IMG/VR virus record: IMGVR_UViG_3300037116_000081
Coordinates: 1 to 64,000 of that record
Length of the DNA: 64,000 bases
Reading direction: 5' to 3' (one strand)
From: a virus
Under the pieces are notes generated by a model. The model had not been told where the DNA came from and did no database searches. It saw only the letters and a list, made by a program, of their open reading frames with translations. The translations under genes were made by a program, and so were the position numbers. Numbering within the stretch: position 1 is the stretch's first letter; each line of letters begins with the position of its first letter. This document shows positions 9,558 through 18,547 of this stretch, in pieces.

Positions 9558-9615
9558 TCCGTTTTCCTCGCATCCTCGCATCATTTTCCTCGCATCCTCG
9601 TATTGCGGAGGCCTT

Positions 9616-10443
9616 GTGTTTCTAAAAGTACAAGCGGGGCTCTCCGGCATCGGCCAAACCGTTCTGATGCGTCAACCAGGCGGGCGCGTGATGCGCGTCC
9701 AAATGCCGATCGTGTTGGATAGGCCTCGGGGGATGCGTGGCTTAGGCGTTACGTGTCCCACGGGCTTGGTGCAGGCTGCAAACGGCGGCTGCATTGATCC
9801 TGGTTACGCTCCCAACAAAAATGTAGCGGCGGCAAGTCCCAAAGCCGTGACCTACGCATCGGCTCCCGGCTGCAACGTGGTGAACCTCGCATCGAACGAA
9901 TGCATGTTGGACGACGGGACAATCACGGGCTGCAACATCATCCAGCAGTGTGATTCGCTCACCGGCAACGCGAGATGTCAGTATGGGCCGTTCCCTGGCC
10001 AAGCTGCTGATCCAAGTTTGCCGTTCTGCTCTGGAAGCGGGCCGTCCGTTTCGTACACGCCGAATTTGAGTCTCACGAACCCGACAGGGCCGTCAACGCC
10101 GTTCACTCCCACGGCGCTTGCGCCGAATGCCGTTCCGGTAGGATCGAGCCCCACGGCGGCGCAGGTTAAAAGCCTGCTTGGGCAGACTCAGCCTACATCG
10201 TCAACGGCAGCGAGTTCGCCGGCGGCATCGCCAACACAGCCGAGTTCCCAAACGAATTTTCTCCAGCAACTCTTAGCCGGGCCGAATCCTCCAGCGGGCG
10301 GATCGACTACGGCGGTGGCGTCTTCGGATAGTTCGTTATTTAGCGGTTCGCTCGACGTGTTCGGTATGCAGATTCCATACTGGCTCATTGGTGTTGTGGT
10401 CGTCGGCGGCGGGATTCTCCTCATGAGCGGGGGCAAGAAATGA
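9616..10443 (+). CDS. Cys-rich tail-anchored virion membrane protein
   Basis: GGAGG RBS and GTG start; GLSGIGQ and RGMRGLG motifs; PYW-TM-GGKK. Confidence 0.75.
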   Translation: MFLKVQAGLSGIGQTVLMRQPGGRVMRVQMPIVLDRPRGMRGLGVTCPTGLVQAANGGCIDPGYAPNKNVAAASPKAVTYASAPGCNVVNLASNECMLDDGTITGCNIIQQCDSLTGNARCQYGPFPGQAADPSLPFCSGSGPSVSYTPNLSLTNPTGPSTPFTPTALAPNAVPVGSSPTAAQVKSLLGQTQPTSSTAASSPAASPTQPSSQTNFLQQLLAGPNPPAGGSTTAVASSDSSLFSGSLDVFGMQIPYWLIGVVVVGGGILLMSGGKK

Positions 10444-10727
10444 GACGCGGCTTTCGTGGTCTCGGTCAACCATCATCGCCTTTGCCGATGTCACCAGGTG
10501 GATTCTGTCCAACGCTCGGCGCTGTGTGTCCCTACGGCTATACGCTCGACGCGAGCAACTGTCCGAACTATCCATGTCAAGCCGCGGCGGTCGCTACGGC
10601 TACAACCGGAATCGATTTTTCGTTTCTCACAAATCCGGTGATGATTGGAACCATGTCCATTCCGACGTGGGCTATCGGGCTCGCCGTGATCGTGGGCGGC
10701 TACTTCCTGATGGGAGGCAAAAAATAA
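10440..10727 (+). CDS. Small tail-anchored virion membrane protein
   Basis: MRRGFRGLGQ leader; PTW-TM-GGKK. Confidence 0.8.
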   Translation: MRRGFRGLGQPSSPLPMSPGGFCPTLGAVCPYGYTLDASNCPNYPCQAAAVATATTGIDFSFLTNPVMIGTMSIPTWAIGLAVIVGGYFLMGGKK

Positions 10728-11335
10728 TGGCTAAGCAAGACGGCACGATGGGCGAAGTAATCAAGTGGGTTCTGATTTTGGGCGGCGGGTATCTCGCTTA
10801 CGAGTATTTCATTGCGCCGATGCTGGCCACGACTCTGGCGCCCACGACCGGCGTAACGCCAGCAGCTACAACCGTGACGGGCACACCGGTATCGAGCACG
10901 AATACGACGACGGCTACTCCGGTTACTGTGACGACGCCTCCTCCGCCTCCCGTCAATGCGTACCCACTTTCAAACACGATTCCGAATGCAACCGGGACCG
11001 CGGCTACTCTCGCATCAGCCTTGATTGCGCGAGCGACTTCAGACGGTGTTGCAAAGGGCGGATTGGTCAATGGAAGTATCGCCTACACTCCACAGCAGTG
11101 GAATTACATTTTCAACGAAATGAATCCCGGTAACACGAAGAACCTGCCTAGCTCTTCGCAGGCCATGAGCGCGGGCGATTACACACTCGCGCGGGCGACG
11201 GCGTTTGGACAAGCGGGATTGAGCGGGCTCGGACAACTGATGCGCGTCGGGCGAAATACTTTACGGACAGGCGGGCGTCAACCGATGCGAACAGGATATG
11301 TACGGGCAGGAACGCCAATGCGGAGGACCGGATGA
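10727..11335 (+). CDS. Virion membrane protein with N-terminal TM
   Basis: TAATG coupling; Thr/Pro linker; C-terminal GLSGLGQ followed by an Arg-rich tail. Confidence 0.75.
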   Translation: MAKQDGTMGEVIKWVLILGGGYLAYEYFIAPMLATTLAPTTGVTPAATTVTGTPVSSTNTTTATPVTVTTPPPPPVNAYPLSNTIPNATGTAATLASALIARATSDGVAKGGLVNGSIAYTPQQWNYIFNEMNPGNTKNLPSSSQAMSAGDYTLARATAFGQAGLSGLGQLMRVGRNTLRTGGRQPMRTGYVRAGTPMRRTG

Positions 11336-11694
11336 GACTCTATAGAACTCCGATGCGTGGCTTTCGTGGATTAGGGCAGACGTATCAGACCGTCTCGACT
11401 GCTGCTGGCGACTATCAAGTAGTTACGGCCCCGGACGGAACAGTCACCACTTTTGACCCATCAGGCAACATCGTTTCTGGCGTTGCCGTGGGGCCGCTTC
11501 AAGCTGGCCAATCAGCGCTCGCGTTTTCTGCGTCAATCAATCCATCAGGCTCGGCGGCTCCGGCTTCACTCGCGTCTCTGTTTCCAGGAATGACTGGCAA
11601 TACAACTGTTGCTGGTGTGTCGGTCCCTTCGTGGCTCGTGCCGGTTGCTCTGATAGCTGGCGCGTTTTTCGTCTATAAGGCTTTTGGGAAATGA
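11332..11694 (+). CDS. Small tail-anchored virion membrane protein
   Basis: MRGFRGLGQ; region after the motif is homologous to that of 7581..8807; PSW-TM. Confidence 0.8.
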   Translation: MRLYRTPMRGFRGLGQTYQTVSTAAGDYQVVTAPDGTVTTFDPSGNIVSGVAVGPLQAGQSALAFSASINPSGSAAPASLASLFPGMTGNTTVAGVSVPSWLVPVALIAGAFFVYKAFGK

Positions 11695-11921
11695 AGAATC
11701 CGGCTCCAACCCGTTTACGTGACGCCGATCCGCGCGGGCGCATGGACGTAGCTGCGTTTCGCTTCGCTGAGAACATGGCAGAAAAAGCAGGCGCGAAGGA
11801 ATTCTGGAATGCGGGCTTGGGTGATTTTGTCGAGACGGTGATTAACGGCACGGTGCCGGCAAAAGCAATCACAGGGCAGGATGTAGCGAAGGCGCTGGGT
11901 TTGGGAGGCAGAAAGCGGTAA
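11691..11921 (+). CDS. Small hypothetical virion protein
   Basis: Coupled on both sides; AGLGD motif. Confidence 0.65.
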   Translation: MKNPAPTRLRDADPRGRMDVAAFRFAENMAEKAGAKEFWNAGLGDFVETVINGTVPAKAITGQDVAKALGLGGRKR

Positions 11922-12436
11922 TGCCTTATTTCCGCACAGGAGCACGGATGCGGCGCGGCGTCGGCCAAATCGCTACGGCTACGCTTGGGCCGGCCGGAAC
12001 GGGCATCGCTCAATACGACGCGAGCGGCCGCTACTTGGGCGGGAGCACGATGATGGATGCGTATTGCGGTTCAAGCATCGGGCAGTTCTTCAGTCCGACT
12101 ACGTGCGCGATCCCGACTCCAGCGCAAATCACGGCTACGCAGACTGCGGAACTTGCGACTACTTCAGCTCCCCCAGCAGTGCAGGCGGCGGCGATCGCGG
12201 CGGGCAATGCGCTAGTTGCGCAAGACGCGGCAGCAAACCCGGCAAATTACCAACAGCAGATCGCGGCGTCGAATTGGCCGGAACTTTCAGCGCTGATCGG
12301 TCCCGCGGCGGTGGCTACGTTGTTTCCCGTCGATGTGACGGATCCGAATAATCCAATTCCCCAAGTCCCGTGGCTTCTGATCGGAATTGTAGTGGTGGGC
12401 TTCTCTGTCTTCTACGCATACGGAGGGAAGCATTGA
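11921..12436 (+). CDS. Tail-anchored virion membrane protein
   Basis: MRRGVGQ leader; PW-TM-GGKH. Confidence 0.8.
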   Translation: MPYFRTGARMRRGVGQIATATLGPAGTGIAQYDASGRYLGGSTMMDAYCGSSIGQFFSPTTCAIPTPAQITATQTAELATTSAPPAVQAAAIAAGNALVAQDAAANPANYQQQIAASNWPELSALIGPAAVATLFPVDVTDPNNPIPQVPWLLIGIVVVGFSVFYAYGGKH

Positions 12437-12768
12437 GCTACATCCAATACACACCGAAAGCTCCACTCTCTACGTGCGTGACGAAGGTGCGTGGGATGGG
12501 GCAGGACGCGACTTCAACTTCGACGGACACCGTAACAGGGCTCTCGATTCCGAATCCGCTTACGATCTTCAGCAATCTTTTTTCATCGACCGACTTTTCA
12601 ACGTGGGGTATAGGTGAGTGGATCGTAATCGCGGGCGTCGGGTTTCTCGCGTTGAAACTCGTTACCGGTGTGCTCTCGGCAGGCAGCGCAGTAAAGAGCA
12701 CGGTTCGTAAGCGGCAGCGGCGAGCGAAGAAGCGGCAAGGGCTGCTGGACGATCTGAGGGATCTATGA
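12433..12768 (+). CDS. Virion membrane protein with basic tail
   Basis: TTG overlapping the upstream stop; VRGMGQD; TM followed by RKRQRRAKKR. Confidence 0.7.
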   Translation: MSYIQYTPKAPLSTCVTKVRGMGQDATSTSTDTVTGLSIPNPLTIFSNLFSSTDFSTWGIGEWIVIAGVGFLALKLVTGVLSAGSAVKSTVRKRQRRAKKRQGLLDDLRDL

Positions 12769-12832
12769 GACGACTGAGGGACACCCCGAAAGCTTCAACG
12801 CGCTGCTACTCCAGTGCAGCGCGAAACGGAGA

Positions 12833-13192
12833 ATGTTCATGAGAGGATTCGGTAGCTACAGCAAAACTCCAACTCCATGGGGATGGGAATATTATCCCCC
12901 ACCGTACCGCTTTGCTTCACCGTCCACGGGGCCTAGCGGAATACGTCCGACTTACGCGAGCGCGCGATACATGGGCATGACAACACGAGCGTTGAGCAAC
13001 CAGGGCGGCGGGCTCGGATGTGCGGGGCAGTGCGGTTGCGGTGGGACGTGCGGCATGGGGCAAGTGGATCTTTCGTTTCTGACGAATACGTTCAGCTTGG
13101 CGGGCTACCAGATTCCGGTCTGGATTGGGCTCATGGTTGGGATCGGCGCGGTCGCAATGTACAGCGGGTTGAGCAATAAAAAGAGACGATGA
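12833..13192 (+). CDS. Tail-anchored virion membrane protein
   Basis: MRGFG and CGMGQ motifs; PVW-TM-KKRR. Confidence 0.75.
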   Translation: MFMRGFGSYSKTPTPWGWEYYPPPYRFASPSTGPSGIRPTYASARYMGMTTRALSNQGGGLGCAGQCGCGGTCGMGQVDLSFLTNTFSLAGYQIPVWIGLMVGIGAVAMYSGLSNKKRR

Positions 13193-13434
13193 CTTTAACG
13201 CTTTCACAAACGGCGCAACCTCAGATTTTTACCGATATGGGCTCGTATGCCCACGTCGGAGTGGGATTCATGGCCGGGTATCTTTCACCTGGCTGGGCGC
13301 TCGCGATTGCGGCGGCGTTCATCGGGTATCAATTGTCTCAGGTTTCGGCGGGCGTGCCCTGGGGACGGACGGGCGGGGAAGTGATCGAGTTTGCGTTAGG
13401 AGCTGCTATAGCGGCGCTGGTGGCAAAAAAATGA
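13189..13434 (+). CDS. Small 3-TM membrane protein
   Basis: Hydrophobic; translationally coupled. Confidence 0.7.
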   Translation: MTLTLSQTAQPQIFTDMGSYAHVGVGFMAGYLSPGWALAIAAAFIGYQLSQVSAGVPWGRTGGEVIEFALGAAIAALVAKK

Positions 13435-14369
13435 AGCGGCGAAAAACCAATTCAGCAAAGTACGGGCGGCGGAATTCAAGCGGCGATACATCAACGGATG
13501 TTCGCAGCCCAACTTCAACTGAAGTGCGAAGCCCTACCAAGACTTCGACTGAAGCTTATACGCAAGGAAACTTCACGGCCACAGTAACGGGCGGCGCAGG
13601 AGCCGGTGCAACTACCAGCGTGACAATCAAACCGAACCGGGGCAGGCGTGATGCTTTCGCGATTTGCAAACGCACGCGCGGGAATCCGTCACGGTGGAAT
13701 CCACTCGTGCCACTCGATCCAATCTCGGTACTTTCGGCGATCGAAGGGCAGCGCGAGAAGATCGCGAAGAAGCTGTTCACGAAGAACGCCAAGAAAGCGC
13801 GGAAGAATCGATTCGGCAAAAAGCGCGTAGTGCTGCACATGAAGCGCGGCAAGTCCGGGAAGTTTGCGCAGCGGAAGAACAGGGGCAATCCCGTCATGGC
13901 GGCAGAGAAGCGCTATCAATCCTTCCACGGCCGGCCTAGCGAAGACTTGGTTAACGTGCGGACCACGCTGCATTCGCATGACGTGCTCGCGGGCATCGGC
14001 GATCTCCGCAAGCTGAAAATCAAATCCGCAAACGGTCACTGGAAAGTAACAGTGAAATTCTTGAAGCCTTACCCGATTCTATCGATGAACGAAGCCGCAA
14101 CCCAGCTTTACATCGAAGGGGGTGATCAATCCGTAGACTTGAGGGACTTCGGAATCAAAACTCCACACGAAAAAGAAATACTCGGTCACGTCACGGACGT
14201 GTGGTACTTCACAACGAAAGATCACTTACGACCGGAAGACGGCGGCACGGCGATCTACCACCACAAATTCGGAAAGATCAAGCCGACGATGATTTACGAC
14301 GTACCGAACCAGCTACTCGAATTCGCGGGTGGCGGCTACACTATCCCGGATGAAGGGATCGACCAATGA
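13431..14369 (+). CDS. Basic core/nucleoprotein-like protein with globular C-domain
   Basis: K/R-rich N-half with recurring [RK]xN(P) motifs. Confidence 0.7.
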   Translation: MKRRKTNSAKYGRRNSSGDTSTDVRSPTSTEVRSPTKTSTEAYTQGNFTATVTGGAGAGATTSVTIKPNRGRRDAFAICKRTRGNPSRWNPLVPLDPISVLSAIEGQREKIAKKLFTKNAKKARKNRFGKKRVVLHMKRGKSGKFAQRKNRGNPVMAAEKRYQSFHGRPSEDLVNVRTTLHSHDVLAGIGDLRKLKIKSANGHWKVTVKFLKPYPILSMNEAATQLYIEGGDQSVDLRDFGIKTPHEKEILGHVTDVWYFTTKDHLRPEDGGTAIYHHKFGKIKPTMIYDVPNQLLEFAGGGYTIPDEGIDQ

Positions 14370-14620
14370 AAAAGGCGCGCAAGAATATCAGCTTTAGAAA
14401 GTACAAAAAAGAGTTGAACCGCAAGCACTCTCCGGCGAACGCGAGACTCTATCAGTCATTCCGAAAAGAGGAGCAACGTATCGTGAGAGCGCGACGAAAG
14501 AAGGCGGCAAAATCCAATCCGCCAAAGACCCGCAAAGGCAAGACGGGACGCTGGATCAAAGCCAAAGCTGTGAAGGTGACACGAGTCAAAGGAAAGCTTG
14601 TAGTGCAGGTGAAACGGTGA
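14366..14620 (+). CDS. Very basic small protein (DNA-condensing candidate)
   Basis: More than a third K+R; KSNPP motif. Confidence 0.7.
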   Translation: MKKARKNISFRKYKKELNRKHSPANARLYQSFRKEEQRIVRARRKKAAKSNPPKTRKGKTGRWIKAKAVKVTRVKGKLVVQVKR

Positions 14621-15981
14621 GTATCGTATCCTTCATCCCGAAAGCCCTGCGCAAGGACAAGCCACCAGTCCCGATGATTAGTCTGTGTCAAACAACGGCG
14701 CGGCTACCGGACGGCTGGAGAGCGGCGGCACAAGCCTGGAAAGACGCGGCGGACAACCCCGGCGACATCGAGCACGTTATTGTAACGGACGATCCAGCCT
14801 TCAAGGCGGAGCCCATATTCGCGGATACGAAGATCGGCGTGAACAAGGGCCGGCATTCCGCGGTTGACGGCTGGAACACTTCAGCGCAACTCTCAACGGG
14901 AAAGTTCCTCATCACGCTTGCGGATGACTGGTTCCCCTGCCCTCACTGGGATACAGAATTTCTGAAGCTCATCCCGGATCTTGACGGCGAGTACGTTTTG
15001 GAAGTGGACACGGGAGGGAATCCCGGCCTGCTGACATTCTCGCTTCTGACTCGGAAGTATTACGAGCGCTACGGGTATTTTTTCTGGCCTCAGTATCTCG
15101 GCATGTACGCTGACAACGAATTCACGATTGTGGCGCGGCGTGACGGCGTGGTGATCGACGCGAAGCATTTATTCTGCGAACATCGGCACCCGCTCTACGG
15201 CTTCGGCGAGATGGACGAGACTCACAAGCATCAACACCGGCGCGAAGCCTTCGAGGTAGGCGAAGAGGTTTATCGGCGGCGGCTTTTGCATCTCGGGTTC
15301 GCCCAGCAGTATGTTCCGCCCCGCAGTTATTCGATCGCGATTTGTATGCCGGGTGAATCGTTCAAACCGGACTGGGTAGCCAACACTCTGAAGCTCACGA
15401 ACTACATTGCGGCGGAAGCGAGTGTTTTTCCGATGCCTGGCTACGCTCCAAATCCGCACATCGTTCGGCAGGGCATGTCAAGCGAAATCCAAAAGATAGA
15501 GCCGATGCCGGATCTGGTGTTGTGGATTGACCACGATAACCTGGTCGCCCCGATTCACTTCGCGCGGCTGTACGGGGTCCTGAAGGAACATCCGGAGATC
15601 GACGGCGTAGCAGGCTGGTGTTATTGGGGGCAAGAAGAAGGGCCACTCAACATCTCGTGTGGCGTTTATGGCGATGGGCGCCGGCATTATTTCAGCGAAG
15701 CCGAATTGCGGAACGGGCCGGAACTCAGGGAGATTGATTTCACCGGCTTCCCGTGCTTTCTGATGCGCGGCGAGACGCTGAAGAAAGCCGGCAAGAATGC
15801 TTTCGCGCCGATATCGGATGAAACTTTCCCGTACGGTTTCGTTCCGGAAGACCTCGCGTTTTGCAGACGGGCGAAAGAAGCGGGATGTAGGTTCATGGTG
15901 GACCGGACGGTTTACGTCCCCCATCGGAAGGTCCAAACGTTGGAGCCCAGGGAAGGGAATAAAAAGCTTTCAGTTGCGTAG
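14617..15981 (+). CDS. Two-domain GT-A (family 2-like) glycosyltransferase
   Basis: Domain 1 has GWN..A/LADD/YADNEF; domain 2 has WIDHD/TGFPCFL/EDLAFC..G.RFMVD..VPH. Confidence 0.85.
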   Translation: MSIVSFIPKALRKDKPPVPMISLCQTTARLPDGWRAAAQAWKDAADNPGDIEHVIVTDDPAFKAEPIFADTKIGVNKGRHSAVDGWNTSAQLSTGKFLITLADDWFPCPHWDTEFLKLIPDLDGEYVLEVDTGGNPGLLTFSLLTRKYYERYGYFFWPQYLGMYADNEFTIVARRDGVVIDAKHLFCEHRHPLYGFGEMDETHKHQHRREAFEVGEEVYRRRLLHLGFAQQYVPPRSYSIAICMPGESFKPDWVANTLKLTNYIAAEASVFPMPGYAPNPHIVRQGMSSEIQKIEPMPDLVLWIDHDNLVAPIHFARLYGVLKEHPEIDGVAGWCYWGQEEGPLNISCGVYGDGRRHYFSEAELRNGPELREIDFTGFPCFLMRGETLKKAGKNAFAPISDETFPYGFVPEDLAFCRRAKEAGCRFMVDRTVYVPHRKVQTLEPREGNKKLSVA

Positions 15982-16021
15982 ATGCCCCGGTCAATCGGGA
16001 GCCCTAAAAGGAGAAAGTAGT

Positions 16022-16498
16022 ATGAAGACAAAACATCTCATCGGTTTTCTGGCGGCATTGCTAGTGCTCGCGTTCTTCAGTGTCGCCTTGGTTGTTCACG
16101 ATCAAATTTCCATCCGGACATTGGCCGTGTTTCTCGGATTCGCCTCTTTCGCGTTCGGAACCGTCACTGTGACGTATCAGGTCCCGATCCAAGGAACCAG
16201 CGCGCCCACTGCGGCACAGGTCTACGGGCTCGGACTAATCACGGCTCAAGTCAATAATGCCGACACGGACGCTTCCATCACGATCACGCATAACTTTGGT
16301 CTTGATGCAAACGAATTGGCGGCGCTCTACCCGTTTGTCATCATGAACCAGGATTCAGGCGGAACCACGTTGCCTGTCTACGAAGTTTCGAAGGCTACCA
16401 ACTCGGTGACGATCACGAAGGCGTCAACGTCCGGGACTGGTGGAACCTTCGACGTGTGTATCTGGCGCCCGCCGACGAATCAGAGGCCGCGCGTTTAA
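16022..16498 (+). CDS. Membrane-anchored beta-rich virion protein
   Basis: AGGAG RBS; two N-terminal TM segments; ITHNFG fibre-like motif. Confidence 0.7.
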   Translation: MKTKHLIGFLAALLVLAFFSVALVVHDQISIRTLAVFLGFASFAFGTVTVTYQVPIQGTSAPTAAQVYGLGLITAQVNNADTDASITITHNFGLDANELAALYPFVIMNQDSGGTTLPVYEVSKATNSVTITKASTSGTGGTFDVCIWRPPTNQRPRV

Positions 16499-16523
16499 GG
16501 CGGCCTGACGCAAGGGAAAACAC

Positions 16524-17390
16524 ATGGCGCAGACCACACGAGAAAGAATTATCGCAAACCGAGGGAAGCGGAAAATGTCTGCAAAGCAAATCCGCATCTT
16601 CGGCACGCGCGCGCAAAAGGCGCGGCTCCGCGGAACGCGGAAGCGCGCAAACTCTTCGCGGTCGAATCATCGCCGTCGATCGCGATCCAACAAGGGCGAG
16701 ATCATAGGTTACACGTTTGCTCAACCGGCAAGCAGAAAGAACAGAGGTAGGAAGATGGCAGCTACAAAGACAAAACGTAGACGCCGTGCCCGCTCCGGTG
16801 GGCATCGCGTTAACCGTCGTCGAAACACTGGGCGTCGGAGAAATTTCGTTCACCATCGCCGTCGCGGCACCATGCGGCGCATGAACCGCGGGCGTCGTCG
16901 GAATCCCGGCATGCTAGGAACGGGGCGAATCTCATCCATCGCGATCAATGCAGTATTCGTGATCGTCGGTGCGGTGGGCTCGAAGCTCCTGGCCCAAATG
17001 GTCCTCGGGACAAACAACACCGGCGTAGTCGGATACGCGGCGAATGCGATCGCGGGCGGCGCAATGTGGTTCGTGGCTGAAAAAGTCATGCACAACACAG
17101 ACGCAGCCAATGGCATCATCGCAGGTACCGCGGTCGAAATCATCCTTCGGTTGATTAACGACTACACGCCGTTCGGTTCCTACGTGGCGGGCCTCGGCAT
17201 GGGCGATTACCAGGCGCAAGCTTGGCTGACTCCCCAGGTCCTGGTTGACCCGTACAAAAACGCCAACATTCAGTGGCCTCAAGGGTTACTCTCGGCCGTA
17301 ACCCCGCCTCCCGCGGCAGTCATGCCGGCTTCGGTCGGCATTGCAAGCGGGATGGGGGATCTCTACGGCGGGAAGTCTTCGCTGTACTAA
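16524..17390 (+). CDS. Major core/membrane protein candidate (Arg-rich N-half, TM C-half)
   Basis: Protamine-like repeats ending in RRRNPG, 3 TM helices, GLGMGD and GMGD motifs; directly upstream of the capsid candidate. Confidence 0.75.
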   Translation: MAQTTRERIIANRGKRKMSAKQIRIFGTRAQKARLRGTRKRANSSRSNHRRRSRSNKGEIIGYTFAQPASRKNRGRKMAATKTKRRRRARSGGHRVNRRRNTGRRRNFVHHRRRGTMRRMNRGRRRNPGMLGTGRISSIAINAVFVIVGAVGSKLLAQMVLGTNNTGVVGYAANAIAGGAMWFVAEKVMHNTDAANGIIAGTAVEIILRLINDYTPFGSYVAGLGMGDYQAQAWLTPQVLVDPYKNANIQWPQGLLSAVTPPPAAVMPASVGIASGMGDLYGGKSSLY

Positions 17391-17489
17391 AAAGTTGAAG
17401 TAAGCGGGCGCGGCTCTTAATCCAGCGGGAGGGGCCGCGCGCGCAAAATCCCGCTGGGCAAAATCTTTACGAAAGAAGGAAAATTTCTC

Positions 17490-18173
17490 ATGGCATATGG
17501 CGCAAACGGCCAGATCCCAACTGCTGAAGAAGCTCAGGGCAGAAACACAAACTCGATCATGCAGGGCTTTGTTGATCGTGGCCCCTGGCAGTATTGGGAC
17601 GACATCTATTTCGCAAATGCGACGGTAGTTCCGCCGCAAATCCAAATCTTTCAAAACGCCATTGGGCAACAGAACCCCCAAGGCGCAGTAGGCGGTCCCA
17701 CCAACGGCGTGGCGAAAACCAAGCTCCAAACGAACTTGACTCGCCCCGCTTCGAGCGGGCTCCCGCCTCCCCGTTGTCTTTTGCTTCTGGCCATTGGGTT
17801 CGAGTTCTCCTCGAACTTCTTGAAGCCGGATATCGACGCGATTCTCAACTCCTGTTACATGGAGTTCCGCATCGACGACAAGATTTTCCACGAAGGGTGG
17901 CTCGTAACCTTTCCGGCCGGTGCGGGGCTCATGGGAGTCACGCAAAATTCGGGCGAGTCCGTGTACACGTGCGGATTCCCGGCTCCCCAGGCTCAACGGC
18001 GGTACGCTGACTGGGCCAAGTACATTGCTCCGCTTCAGCAGTTCTCCATGGTGCTGAATTTCGGCGGCGGCGGCGTGGCGGCCCCGACTATCGGAACCGG
18101 ATTGACGACCATCAACTATCCTGGCAACCTACGAGTTGTCTTGGATGGCTTGACAGATCGGTCGGTTCAGTAA
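17490..18173 (+). CDS. Putative single jelly-roll major capsid protein
   Basis: 227 aa, soluble and beta-rich; AAGGA RBS, structured leader and downstream hairpin; central position in the structural module. Fold is inferred. Confidence 0.55.
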   Translation: MAYGANGQIPTAEEAQGRNTNSIMQGFVDRGPWQYWDDIYFANATVVPPQIQIFQNAIGQQNPQGAVGGPTNGVAKTKLQTNLTRPASSGLPPPRCLLLLAIGFEFSSNFLKPDIDAILNSCYMEFRIDDKIFHEGWLVTFPAGAGLMGVTQNSGESVYTCGFPAPQAQRRYADWAKYIAPLQQFSMVLNFGGGGVAAPTIGTGLTTINYPGNLRVVLDGLTDRSVQ

Positions 18174-18222
18174 CACACTAGGGCAACGGTTCAAGCGGTC
18201 GTACTCGAATCGCAAGAGAACC

Positions 18223-18280
18223 GGGGGCTGGTGGATCTTTCGCGGACCTCATCAGCCCCGCTCACTTAAAAGTTTTATTC
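18223..18280 (+). terminator. Terminator-like hairpin after the capsid candidate
   Basis: GGGGCTGGTG...CATCAGCCCC stem followed by an A/T-rich tract. Confidence 0.45.
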
Positions 18281-18324
18281 GTCTTGCGCTGCTCTGGAAT
18301 GCAGCGCGGAGAAAGGTCGATCAA

Positions 18325-18486
18325 ATGTGTGGATGCAACAGCGCTCTTACACCGCAATGGGGCGGGGTGTCTTTGCCGACCGATCCGATGGAGCGTGCCC
18401 GCTATGTAAGTGCGCTGCTAAAGGGATACACGCAACTCCAGATTGACGAAGATCCGATCCTGAAATATTTGCAGGTACACGGATGA
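18325..18486 (+). CDS. 53-aa hypothetical protein between two inverted hairpin sites
   Basis: MCGCNSALTPQWGG...; RBS provided by the flank of site 18280. Confidence 0.5.
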   Translation: MCGCNSALTPQWGGVSLPTDPMERARYVSALLKGYTQLQIDEDPILKYLQVHG

Positions 18487-18547
18487 AACGAAATTCGAAT
18501 GCGCTGCTACTCCAGTGCAGCGCGAAACGGAAAATGGAGAGCGAGTA

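Noticed and set aside
9562-9600. Short tandem duplication TTTTCCTCGCATCCTCG as a frameshift signal
   Set aside because: The downstream gene has its own GGAGG+GTG start at 9616, so no frameshift is needed
8744-9625. 293-aa ORF and other long overlapping ORFs (e.g. 17286..17996, 54601..55410, 59148..59966)
   Set aside because: Shadow frames of better supported, translationally coupled genes in GC-rich DNA
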